A stretch of DNA of 58,233 nt, filler included, from Porpidia crustulata (lineage: Eukaryota), in assembly GCA_964255105.1 (NCBI GenBank). It is 4 parts of 4 records of this genome, joined end to end, with 100 filler letters (N's around TTAATTAATTAA, not from the genome) between each part and the next. Parts side by side here need not be neighbours in the genome. Positions count along the whole stretch, not along the records: positions 29,187 to 43,663 come from CAXUWE010000375.1; positions 43,764 to 58,233 come from CAXUWE010000376.1; 2 more parts are not named here. One strand, 5' to 3'. The translations under genes were made by a program, and so were the position numbers. Shown here piece by piece: positions 36,362-47,263 of the stretch. Under the pieces are notes generated by a model. The model had not been told where the DNA came from and made no database searches. It saw nothing but the letters and a program-made list of their open reading frames with translations. The first letter of the stretch is position 1, and the number at the start of each line of letters is the position of its first letter.

Positions 36362-39300
36362 ATGCTTTGGAGTGCTACACTCGCACTTGTGTGCTTCACA
36401 GCCCAAGCTTTCGCTCAAGGTAGTGCTGGAGGATCACAAGCATCATGTAGCGCGGCCCAAGCTTGGATTTACCAGGGATGTTTCGGCGACCCCAACAACG
36501 GGGCGCACGCCGGCTTCACCTGGCAGCTCAGCTCGAGTTCAAGCTCTGAAAAATACTATCCTGGATTTACTGGAAGCGTCACGATCGAAATTTGCCAGCA
36601 AGCTTGCCGTGGACATGGTTTCAAATACTCAGGGCTATATCAAGGAAACGCTTGCTTTTGTTCAGCGGAATTTCCGAATCCTAGCCCGCCTTCCAGTGGT
36701 TCGACGTCTGGTGGAGTTGGAAACCCACCAGGAAACGCCCCAGGGGTCCAATCTTCGGGTACTCAGTGCTCTTCACCTTGCACCGGCAATTCAACCGAGA
36801 CCTGTGGTGGCAACACCGCAACCAGTATCTACCTCGATCCCTCATTCACTAATGATACTGCCACAGTCGGTACAGCTAAGAATTACAACTATGTTGGGTG
36901 CTACAATAATGTCAATCCGGGTCCAATGTATGTCTCTATCGAAACAACCGACACCGTTTCTTGCGTGCAATACTGCTCTGCGTTGGGCTATCCTTACGCC
37001 GCTCGATCTGGGTTCGACAGCCAGAATACCACGAACACATGTGGATGCGGTACTGAGATTCAGTCTGGACTGCAAATATCGGAGAGCAGCTGTGCCTACT
37101 ACTGCAATGGATCTGCGACTGCTCAGTAAGTTCTCTGTGCCCTTGTGCAATATTTGACTAGCTATTCGTAGCTTGGCAGTATGGTCCTGGGAAGAATGAA
37201 ATATCTGCTTATCAGAAGTATAGGGGCGGTTCCGCATCTTGTGGTGGAAACAACGGCGGCAACATAGCGTACTCGGTGTTCTTGAATACGGCCTTGGAGG
37301 GTTGTTACAGTCCAAGAATTCCTGGTGCTGATGCAACGCACTCGTATAATGCTCCTGCTGACGCTGGCAATCCTCCACCTGCTGCGTCAAGCACAGTTAC
37401 TTCAAGCATAATGTCATCCAGTATGTATTCTCGGTGTCTAGACGATCCAAATAACAGGACAAGCTTAACGAGTATTTGACAGCATCCTTGACTGTATCCG
37501 CCACACCGCTCGGTTTATCCAGTAGGCGTATCCCTTTTTCTTCTCATCTCCTTATCTTGCCGTCCTTTTAACATGGGTTTTGTAGATTTCTCAACAGGAT
37601 CTTTCAGTCTTCTTTCATCCAATTCGCTATCGTCTAGTAGATTCTTCCAACACGTCATGCATATGGTTTCGAGAATCTGTCGTCGAGAAATGGCCTCAAA
37701 AGTCCACCGTCGACAAGTGGCAGCTGGTTCGTCGAGCTCCACCGATCCCGCTAGCAAATTCATCGGACTAAAAAATGCGTAATATGAACCTTTCTAACGC
37801 ATAATCTATAGGTAGCTCAACTTCTTCGAGTTCTTCGATTTTCTATGCGACTACAGTCTACACGACAACCTCCGTGATCACTACCCAGACTACTTCCGTC
37901 ACCGTCACGACTGTGTCAAATGTGCCCACAACAGGTCAGCAGACATGCAGTGCTCACAATCTTCATGAATATGGCTGATGTTCCAACACAGTGACCTCGA
38001 CATACTCAACCACGTATACGACGACAGTGCCAACCACAGTGACTCAGACTTCCACCATGACGTCAGATATATTCCTCACAACTACTAGAGAGCCAACAAC
38101 GACATACTACCCTGGGTCATCCTCACAATCCAGTACTACCTCTAGTACTTCCAGTACAAGCTCCGCCCAATCATCTACCACAATCACAACTGACGGAAGC
38201 TGCGGTGGTACGGTNNNNNNNNNNNNNNNNNNNNNNNNNNNNNNNNNNNNNNNNNNNNNNNNNNNNNNNNNNNNNNNNNNNNNNNNNNNNNNNNNNNNNN
38301 NNNNNNNNNNNNNNGACGGAAGCTGCGGTGGTACGGTAGTCTGCGGCAATTTCGCTGGCCCTGCCACGTGTTGTTCTGGTTCCGGGTACTGTGGAAACAC
38401 GACCGCTTATTGCGGAGCTGGGTGTCAGAGCGGAGCGTGCATTTCAAGTTCCTCAAGTAGCTCGACAAGCAGTTCGTCGACTGCCTCTCCCTCATCTTCA
38501 ACCACGATAACGAAGGATGGGAGCTGCGGTGGCACGGTAGTCTGCGGTAATTTTGCTGGCCCTGCAACGTGTTGTTCTGGATCTGGGTACTGTGGAAATA
38601 CGACCGATTACTGTGGAGCTGGATGTCAGAGCGGAGCCTGCATTTCGAGTTCCTCAAGCAGCTCACAAAGTTCAACAAGCAGTTCGACAAGTAGCTCATC
38701 GAGCTCTTCCACGAGCAGCTCGACGAGCAGCTCTTCCTCACCTTCTTCGACCACTCTGGTAACAACCGATGGCACCTGCGGATCTGCACATGGCAATACC
38801 GTCTGTGGCAATTTCGCTGGGCCAGCGACTTGCTGCTCCTCATCTGGCTACTGTGGAAACACGACCGCTTATTGCGGAGCTGGGTGTCAGAGTGGAGCCT
38901 GTATTTCGAGTTCCTCAAGCAGCTCTCAAAGCTCGACAAGCAGCTCGACAAGCAGTTCATCGAGCCCTCCCACGATCAGCTCCACCAGCAGCTCCACCTC
39001 ACCTTTTTCGACCGTATCAGTAACAACCGATGGTACGTGCGGTTCCGCACATGGCAATATCGTCTGTGGCAATTTCGCTGGGCCAGCGACTTGCTGCTCC
39101 TCGTCCGGCTACTGTGGGAATACCACTGATTACTGTGGAGCTGGATGTCAGAGTGGAGCCTGTATCTCAAGTTCTTCCACAAGCAGCTCCCCCTCAGCTT
39201 CTTCCACCACGCCAGTCACTACTGATGGCACCTGCGGTTCAGCACACGGTAATACTGTTTGTGGTAATTTTGCTGGCCCTGCAACATGTTGTTCTGGGTC

Positions 39301-40726
39301 CGGATACTGTGGAAACACGACCGCTTATTGCGGAGCTGGGTGTCAGAGCGGCGCTTGTCTCAGTTCTTCGAGCAGTTCCCAAAGCTCGACAAGCAGTTCG
39401 ACAAGCAGCTCATCTACAGCTCCAAGCTCTACTGTATCAGTCACCACTGATGGAATTTGCGGTTCAGCACATGGTAACACCGTCTGTGGCAATTTTGCAG
39501 GCCCTGGAACGTGTTGTTCATCGTCTGGATACTGCGGAAACACGACAGCTTACTGTGGAGCGGGATGTCAAAGTGGAGCCTGTCTTAGTTCTTCGAGCAG
39601 TTCCCAAAGCTCTACGAGCAGTACGAGTAGTACCTCCTCCACAAGCAGTAGCGTGACGGCGTCCCCAACACCTTTTGTTAATGTTACCAAGGACGGGACT
39701 TGCGGTTCAGCCAATGGCAACACTATTTGCGGTAGCTGGGTTGATGGGCCTTGTTGCTCATCTTCTGGGTACTGCGGTAATACGACAGCTTACTGTGGAG
39801 TCGGCTGTCAGAGTGGACCTTGTGATAGAGCTGCTGGATCGAGTTCATCGAGTAGTTCAAGCTTGAGTACTTCCTCCTCTAGCACTAGCGCAAGCTCCCC
39901 CACATCCTCGACTACCGTGACAACGGACGGAAGTTGTGGAGGCACGGTTGTGTGCGGTAACTTTGCCGGCGCGGGCATCACATGCTGCTCTTCCTCCGGA
40001 TACTGTGGGAATAGCACTGCTTATTGCGGTCCTGGGTGTCAGAGCGGCGCTTGCTACCAGTCATCGAGTTCATCCAGTCAAAGTTCCACGTCATCCTCCT
40101 CCAGCACAAGCTCAAGTTCTACTTCTGCTACTCCTAGTTCTACGCCTTCGGCCAATGTTACTACCGATGGGAGCTGTGGTGGCTACATTACTTGTGGCAA
40201 CTTTGCCGGCGCTGGAATCACCTGCTGCTCTTCCTCGGGGTACTGTGGCAATACAACGGCTTACTGTGGACCTGGATGTCAAAGTGGAGCTTGCATTCAG
40301 TCAAGTTCGTCGTCTAGCCATAGCTCCACGTCATCCTCCAGCACAAGCTCAACTTCTTCTTCCGCTACTCCCAGCTCTACTTCTTCGGCCAATATCACTA
40401 ATAATGGAAGCTGCGGCGGCTACATTACTTGCGGCGACTTCGCCGGCGCTGGAATCACTTGCTGTTCTTCGTCTGGGTATTGTGGCAACACAACCGCTTA
40501 CTGTGGGCCTGGATGCCAAAGCGGCACTTGCATTCAATCATCGGGCTCGTCCAGCGCAAGTTCTACCTTGTCTACTGGTTCTTCGTCCAGCACGAGTTCT
40601 ACCTCGTTCAGTACTTCTTCGGGCACATGCATACCCACAACAGTCTATGTCACCGTGACAGCATCTTCCAGCGCACCCACGACTACTGTTGCAGCGCGGC
40701 GCCGCAAATGGATCCAGGGAGCTTAG
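36362..40726 (+). CDS. Secreted protein with 2 WSC domains and at least 10 hevein/CBM18 chitin-binding repeats (predicted exons 36362-37125, 37224-37420, 37483-37521, 37586-37726, 37812-37934, 37992-40726)
   Basis: Signal peptide MLWSATLALVCFTAQAFA; WSC patterns WIYQGCF..TIEICQQAC..YSGLYQGNACFC..CSSPCTGNSTETCGG and YNYVGCY..CVQYC..CGCG..CAYYCNG; ten 8-Cys repeats CG..C..CCSxSGYCGNTTxYCGxGCQSGxC with Ser/Thr linkers. Five introns preserve the frame. Confidence 0.8.
38192..40531 (+). repeat. Intragenic tandem array of hevein-domain units with Ser/Thr-rich spacers
   Basis: Ten complete near-identical units plus a partial unit before the N gap. Confidence 0.92.
38215..38314. other. Scaffold gap (100 N, no linker) inside the hevein array
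   Basis: GACGGAAGCTGCGGTGGTACGGT occurs on both flanks, as expected for a repeat-induced break. Confidence 0.9.
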
Positions 40727-41562
40727 CGCACATACTCGACGAGGGAAACGTTCTGGAGCATTTTTCTGAATGGCTTTTAGCACGTGGTTTCGAGTGAAGA
40801 GCAGTCAGTTTGACAGCTTTGGGCGGAATACACAATCGGTTTGCGATGAACTTTATGAATTACTTACGCGTTGGTTACTGTGCCTATGAGATAGATATCA
40901 CGCAAATTATGTAATGGCTAGGTTGATACAGAGCGTTAGAAATTTTGATGTGAGCCTCCCTTGCGCAACTTCTACTTGCTGCCTTTCTTCGAAGTGATTT
41001 CGATTACCCCAGACACCGTCGATGGGCAGCCCTATTGGCCCCTTGAAACCCATGGTATTCGGTCCCACGTCTCTCAGCCATCCTCACCGTATAGTAGGAA
41101 AATACCATCGATTTAGTGCTCGATCTCGCTCTCTCATAATCTTAATACAGAAAGTAATTTTAAGCAGAATTTCGCAATTTGCAGTGCTTTAACGTTAATG
41201 AGAGCTGTAAAACTTTCCCGCGCGGGCTTCTCCAAGCACACAAGTTGCTCAATTGCCTAGATTACGGGGTTGACGTTGCTGAAGGGGCTGCAGAGATGGG
41301 CTTGGGGCGCTGGCTGGGTTACCGTTTGGTCATTTGTAGCGTTAGTACAATCATAGTAAGTGAGAATAGGGTAGAGCGATGTGAGAATGATCATTAGAGA
41401 CGTGGTTCCCAATTGGATTGTGATATGGAGCTTGATAACCTTTGCTAACAATACTCTAACCGAGTCCTTCGCTCCATCAATCAACGTCACACTGCCTTAC
41501 TTCAAAAGACCCAGCAATCACTCTGTCAGTAGTGGGCCTTATCGAGACTGCCAGATGGGGAA

Positions 41563-42125
41563 ATGCAGATGACTCCCCAACCTAACGGCATTGTGCCAGC
41601 AGTAATGACAAGCTCATCCTGGGCCCAAAGATATCGCGGGGTGCGATCAAGCTTCTCACCAAAACTCGTACAATTGCTAAACATACTCATCCCCTCCAGG
41701 CAACTGTCGAAGATCTCGACCCGCCCCCCGCCCTCTCTGTCAAACCCACCGACTCCATCTCCTACGCCCTCATGAATGCCTACGAAAGAGACTACACCCA
41801 TCTCACCGTTGTTTCCGAAGATACCCGAGCTCTGCTAGGCTACCTCAACATCCCGCGACTAAAAGAGCTCTTGAAAACCGGCTCGGTCAAAGATTCGGAT
41901 CATGTGGCCATGGCGATGCAGAAATTTAGACGGAAAGGGAGTGTGTACAAAGTAATCACCATGGACACCCCGCTGGAGGAGCTCGAGGCTTTCTTCAACG
42001 GTGGGATTGGTGGAACGGAGCAGCCCCAGGATTTTGCGGTTGTGACGGATGGGACGAGGAGGTTTGTGTTGGGGGTGGCTACGAGGGGGGATTTACAGGA
42101 GTTTGTCAGGAGGAGGCCTGCGTAA
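41563..42125 (+). CDS. Small CBS-domain-like protein (exons 41563-41640, 41700-42125)
   Basis: WAQRYRG|ATVEDLDPPPALSVKPTDSISYALMNAYERDYTHLTVV..LLGYLNIPRL..VITMDTPLEELEAFF..FAVVTDGTRRFVLGVATRGDL; intron GTGCGA..GCTAAA..CAG. Confidence 0.78.
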
Positions 42126-42961
42126 GGTGGTAGGGCAAGGTCGAACAGTGTTGCTTGGTCGTGCTAGCTGAGCTTGATGTCAATTCTTACGAGACACATG
42201 ACTGTGGATCTGGGAGTCACGGAGCGGCATTTGTAGGTGTTTATGAGGTGAGAAAAGCTTAGGTGCGTATGGAAGCTGTCATGTGCTTTGACGTCGTGAT
42301 GCGGAATTTTGGAGGTCATCGACGAAGAACGCCTTGTCTATGGAAACTGCACCTTTGCCGCATTCTATTCAGTAATGCAAGATTACTTACCAAAGGTTTG
42401 TTGGGTACCTACTAACACTCTCCAGCACTTTCTCAATTTACGCGGAAACGTCAACCCTTTTTAGAGTTTGTCCCTACCGTCTTTCCTCTTCCCAATGCTC
42501 ACCTACCGTGTCCAGCATATACCATGCCTCGAACTCAAATGGAATAGGATTTTATTTAGACTCCGACCTCTGGTCGCAATTCACTCTGTTGTATCTGCCT
42601 ATTCACCCGTCTCACTACCTAACTGTCCAACTGTCATCGTTAATTTCCTACTCAGATATCAACTAAATAATTCTGGACTACTACCTTGTGCCATAATCTG
42701 GACTACGTTCCGGTGTTTCCTGCAGGGACAGTAGAAAGCTTGACGCCTTCTACAAGAAAGTCCATTAAACTTTCGATTTACAGAAGCCTAAATCGGGCCT
42801 TTTTTCGATTTCTAGTCCTCCAGCACTTAAGAAATCAATTCCAGTAATCACTCTACTCTGTCGAATATTCCTTCATCCTCTTGCTCGGATGTAAGGCGTT
42901 GGATTTGCAATTTCCCATCACCTCTCACATTACTTCTGAAGACCCGTCTACTGCAAGCACA

Positions 42962-43663
42962 ATGGCAAACTCGAAGCGTAAAATCGCGGAGCTGGTATCC
43001 CCTTCACCCACCGACCACGAATCCGACGAGGGTTCCAACGACGAAGGATCGATCGCACAATCAGACAGCCTCGAATGCATCTTTCAAGTGGAACGCCTCC
43101 AACAACCTTCCCCGGGCCCCAGCTCCTCCAAATCACCCCCAAAAATGGACGACGTCTTCATTGTGCGCCCAACCTCGATCTGGGACTCGCTCATCCGATA
43201 CAGGCAATTCGTCGGTTCGCTCACCCCACTCACCTATCCCCCATGACAACCATGCACCATTCTAACTCCATCAAACAGTAAACGACGACCAAATCCCTCT
43301 TAATTCCACCGTCCACGTCCTGCGCTCCACCGACCTCGACTCCTCCACCATCCACTCCAGCCTCGGCATCGCCCGCGTCCTCGAAATCCGCGCCTTCAGC
43401 GTTGCACACGTTTACCTCCGAGTATTCTGGCTCTACCGTTCCGCCGACCTGCCCGATGGCCAACAAAAATACCACGGTGCTCAGGAGCTCGTGGCCACGA
43501 ATGCCATGGCCATCATTGACGCCTCGGCCGTGGTCGGCACGGCGGATGTGTCTCACTGGGACGAGGATAACGACGCCCCACAACCAACGACAACCTTATA
43601 TTGGCGCCAAACCTTCAACTCCAGGACAAGCCACCTTTCCGTAGTTGCCCCCCTCCCTTATCC
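42962..43663 (+). CDS. BAH-domain protein (EBS/EPR-1-like BAH-PHD family), truncated at the contig end (exons 42962-43214, 43279-43640)
   Basis: IARVLEIRAFSVAHVYLRVFWLYRSADLPDGQQKYHGAQELVATNAMAIIDASAVVGTADVSHWDE..LYWRQTF; intron 43215-43278 (GTTCGC..TCTAAC..CAG). The BAH exon is missing from the ORF track. Confidence 0.75.
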
Positions 43664-43763
43664 NNNNNNNNNNNNNNNNNNNNNNNNNNNNNNNNNNNNN
43701 NNNNNNNTTAATTAATTAANNNNNNNNNNNNNNNNNNNNNNNNNNNNNNNNNNNNNNNNNNNN
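43664..43763. other. Artificial contig linker N44-TTAATTAATTAA-N44
   Basis: Same 100-nt structure as the other two. Confidence 0.97.
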
Positions 43764-44228
43764 GGCCATAAGTTTGGGGTCGAGAAGGAATTGGGCATGT
43801 TCTTTGACAAAGGGGATTTTGCCCTACAGAGTGTCAGCGTTGCATTCAACAATTGATTTGCAGGTGATTGTGTTCACCTCTGCCTCTGCCTTGACGACGA
43901 ATGCTTGTACTCCGTCGAATCCTCTCTGGTAGGTGGCATTCTCACAGGCCTTGAGACGTTCCGGTGGCAGAATGGTCGCTATATTGTCGACCGAGTTCAT
44001 GAGTCGTTCTGGACCAAACATAAAGGCATTGTGGAAGTTGTAGTCGGTTATGGCCAGCGCAGGGTGCTTGGCAAAGAGGGTCATTAACAGATTGGAGGCT
44101 GTTCGTCCGTGGGTGCAGAAGAAGATTCTTCTGTGGACGGAGGTTTCATTGCTTCTGCCATTGGTGGCATTGTCCGTCACCTCAGTCGAATGTGCGTTTG
44201 AGTCTCCGTTCCTTTTGACAGTAGCCAT
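43764..44228 (-). CDS. 5' part of a sulfotransferase-like P-loop protein, truncated at the contig end (intron 43824-43877)
   Basis: RIFFCTHGRTASNLLMTLF resembles the sulfotransferase PAPS-binding loop; after splicing the frame continues AEAE|GKIPFVKEHA. Confidence 0.65.
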
Positions 44229-45347
44229 GATACGTGATTGTAGAGGAAGTATTTGGAGTTCTGCGTAACGGGAAGGGAGCGAGATATACGAATTCCCGCC
44301 AGGCGTCCCAATACCCCTCCCCCTCGTGATGTACTAGCCAACGAGGTACATGCCTAACCTGTCGGTCTCGGATGTTCAAACAGCCTACATTGTCCGACGT
44401 CGTTACAGCTGTGGGGCCAAAGGGCCAAAGTCGAAGGGGCCATGGGGGCCGAGCGAGTGCGGTCTTTGCCCTCAATGTGCGTTGTCCGAGGCGAGTCAAT
44501 CGTCCAGAGTCATCCTGTGCAAAAAATATGGAAGCTGTGGGGGAATCTGTACTTGACTTCCTCATTGGTGCTAGGAGTAACTAAGTATCTTGGGCCAATC
44601 TGATCCTGTTTGAGCCCGCAGGACCCGTTCGTATAGATGTTAATTGATGCGAGCTGATAGGACAATGCTGAAAACCCTACAAGGACTAGTCACCACACTG
44701 TGAAAGCCCCTTGCTGCTTATCAGTCGAATACCGACATTTACATGCACGTCATCAACCCAAATCAAAAGCAACATCGCGTGTCAAACCACTCAATACCTT
44801 AGTCTCTTGCGACAGCAGTGGGCACGCCTGATATCCGTTATGCTTTTCATCGATCGGGTCCGTCGGAGTCAGGAAACACCCGCTGTCACGCTGGTGTCCG
44901 TCGCCCGAGCACGTCCCATGGATGAGTATCCGGTCGGGTGACTAAGGAGAGGTTTAGAGTGTATACGAGGTGAGGAACTTGTACGAGGGAGTTTGATGGG
45001 AGATGAAAAGCTCTTTCTTATTGATGAGCTACGAGCATCGATGGAATCGTCTACTTGTTGCTTGTATTTGGCAAGAAGGACATCAGATACGAGAGATTGA
45101 GATCGTTGGCAGTCACTTGTATTTGCTACCCACTAAATGTATGCACCGGGGCTATGACCATGCTATGCAGCCTACCATCCACACGCCGTGCAACTCACCC
45201 CTATCGTACCATCATTTCCAACCGAGGTATCAACAGATTGATTTCTCACACGAGCAACAGCCAGCATTGCCCTCTCTAGCCTGAATAGAACATGTAGAAA
45301 AGAACTCCCCAAATCCTTGTTGAAACCCGGGCCTACGCTGTAGTCGG

Positions 45348-47263
45348 TTATCGCAAACGTCGCCCCCCAATCCCGCGATGCTTGAGATGACGGTGAACGT
45401 GGTGTTGGTGGGCTGGGTGCTTCGCTTCAGCCGTACGCTTTGCATTTGAATACACAGTGGTGGTGACCTGCTCCACCATGATGACGTCTTCGAAAAGTTC
45501 TTGACCTTGAGACGAGTATATGGTCTCGGTGGCTTTAGCCGGTGATGAGTCCTTGCTCGGTTCCGGCGCAAGAGTGGTGGTCGGTGGGGGCGGGGGCGGA
45601 GAGGCTGTTGAAGATATAGGTGCTGGAGATTGAGCGACGTAATTCTTAGCTTGTGCGACTTCGGTGCTGCTTGACATCGAAGAGGAAGCCATAGCTGACG
45701 ACGTGTAAGGTGTCTCTTGCGCTACATTATTCTTCACTTCGGCAAAGTTTGCGACGGCGGCGTGCGACGACACGGCAATGGTTGGAACGACTTGGGCAGA
45801 AGTTTTGGATATACTCTCCTTTGGTGGAGGCGCGTCTGGCTGCTTTTTGCCGGGTTTAGGCGCTGGGTCTGGGCCAGGGTAGATTTGCATATCGGCTGGT
45901 AACGACGACATGGGGCCTTTGCAATTCTCGGTAGCAAGTGCATCAGGTAATGGCTTCTCAAGAAGACATTTTTCTGTCCCTTCTGCCATTTCAAATACGG
46001 GACAAGCTCTCATGTCACCAGCCGTAGGGCCCGTGATTGCGGTGCATGTGTCCACGGCTTTCTGAAGTACACCATCATCCCATGCGGCAATAAAATCGCC
46101 GTGGTAGCCAAAGCCTGGTTCCGTTAGTCATTGATTTACTGGGGAGCATCGAAAACCCACCGGTCGGGTCGCCATTAGCGAGCACAAATTTCCCGTTTTT
46201 TCCCTTGAAGTGATCTGTTGCCACAATAGTCTCGTACATCAAGGACGGGAGCCGCCGATCATAACCCTCCGGACAATTGCCACTCATGACAGAATCCGGA
46301 AACGCGACATGCGATTTGTGGTCGGGGCTGTCGTTCTGACCGTTCCAGCAGCTTGGAAACATGAGTTCGAGACGAAGGCCATCTGAGCAGTGGGCGTCGA
46401 GGAACGACTTATCCGGAAATGAATGACGCGCCAAAGTAGGCTCCGGCGTCACTCCTTGGAAATAATTCATGCAGTTAAAGCCAAGGGCTCTTTGGGCTAA
46501 GCTCGCTTGTGACTCCATAGGCCATGGTCCCATATCGGCGAGGGGAGCTTGAAAATGGACGTTCGGATCTTGTGGGGTGGGTAAAGACGAGTTGCGCTGG
46601 AAGTTATGCCCAGATATCATTTGGAACCCGGTTGGAAAGGCTTCAATCTTCTGAGTCTTGCCGCTCGAAGTCATCCCGCCATTCAACAAATAGTAGCTAA
46701 TCATTTCGTAAGCATACTGATAGCCCAAACATATTGGGCATAAGTGAGGAGAAACGACTTCAAAGTCATGACTTACGATTTGTGGGGTGGCTTCTCCGGC
46801 ACAACTTCCCAGATGTTATCGTCCGTATTGACGAAATAGAGAGCCGGGGTCCAATATGCACTATGGTCTTGCTTGACTCCACAGCTGACGCATTTGGATT
46901 TCATTAGGTCATCGCCGGTCGAGGTTGAGGTGAAGGCTGAGTATCAATTATTCATTAGTGTCCAGACTCATGAGGTATAATGTTGGATGATACAACTGCA
47001 CAGCTGCGAGGAGTCTTCTTGAAATACGAAGTAATAGTATAGATTCGAAAAAGTCACTTACCGCTGCCTCCCTTGATACTGTGGACATGGTCCCCAGCAG
47101 TGCCAAAATTCATCAATGGGTCAAGACGGGCAAGTCCAACCGATCCCTCGCACTCAAGACGCCAGAAAGCGTGGACGTTGCCCATGAAAAAGGTCATGAC
47201 GGTCACAATAGCGAAGGTGAAATTGGTGGTGGTTGCCACACCAACTTTTGCAATTACGACCAT
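45348..47263 (-). CDS. Secreted DUF1996-domain protein with Ser/Thr/Pro stalk and His-rich tail (exons 47263-47062, 46936-46777, 46696-46161, 46114-45348)
   Basis: Signal peptide then FWRLEC..RLDPL..HVHSIKGGS; SCGVKQDHSAYWTPALYF; AFPTGFQMISG; LGFNCMNY; GLRLELMFPSCWNG; DHKSHVAFP; LANGDPTGFGYHGDFIAAWD. Confidence 0.88.

Noticed and set aside
37126..37224. Possible [A2,3] stwintron or 7-nt microexon in intron 1 of the WSC-hevein gene (internal TAG..CA|GTATGG..TAG)
   Set aside because: The stwintron route shifts the frame, and the microexon route needs a 37-40 nt second intron. A single 98-nt intron keeps the frame and is simpler; cDNA would settle it.
38184..40797. Long alternative-frame and antisense ORFs over the hevein array
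   Set aside because: Shadows of a stop-poor repetitive coding sequence. The array is a coding repeat, not a CRISPR array.
41700..41775. Suspected frameshift in the C-run of the CBS-like gene
   Set aside because: Recounting CCG CCC CCC GCC shows exon 2 is in frame with the 41772 ORF.
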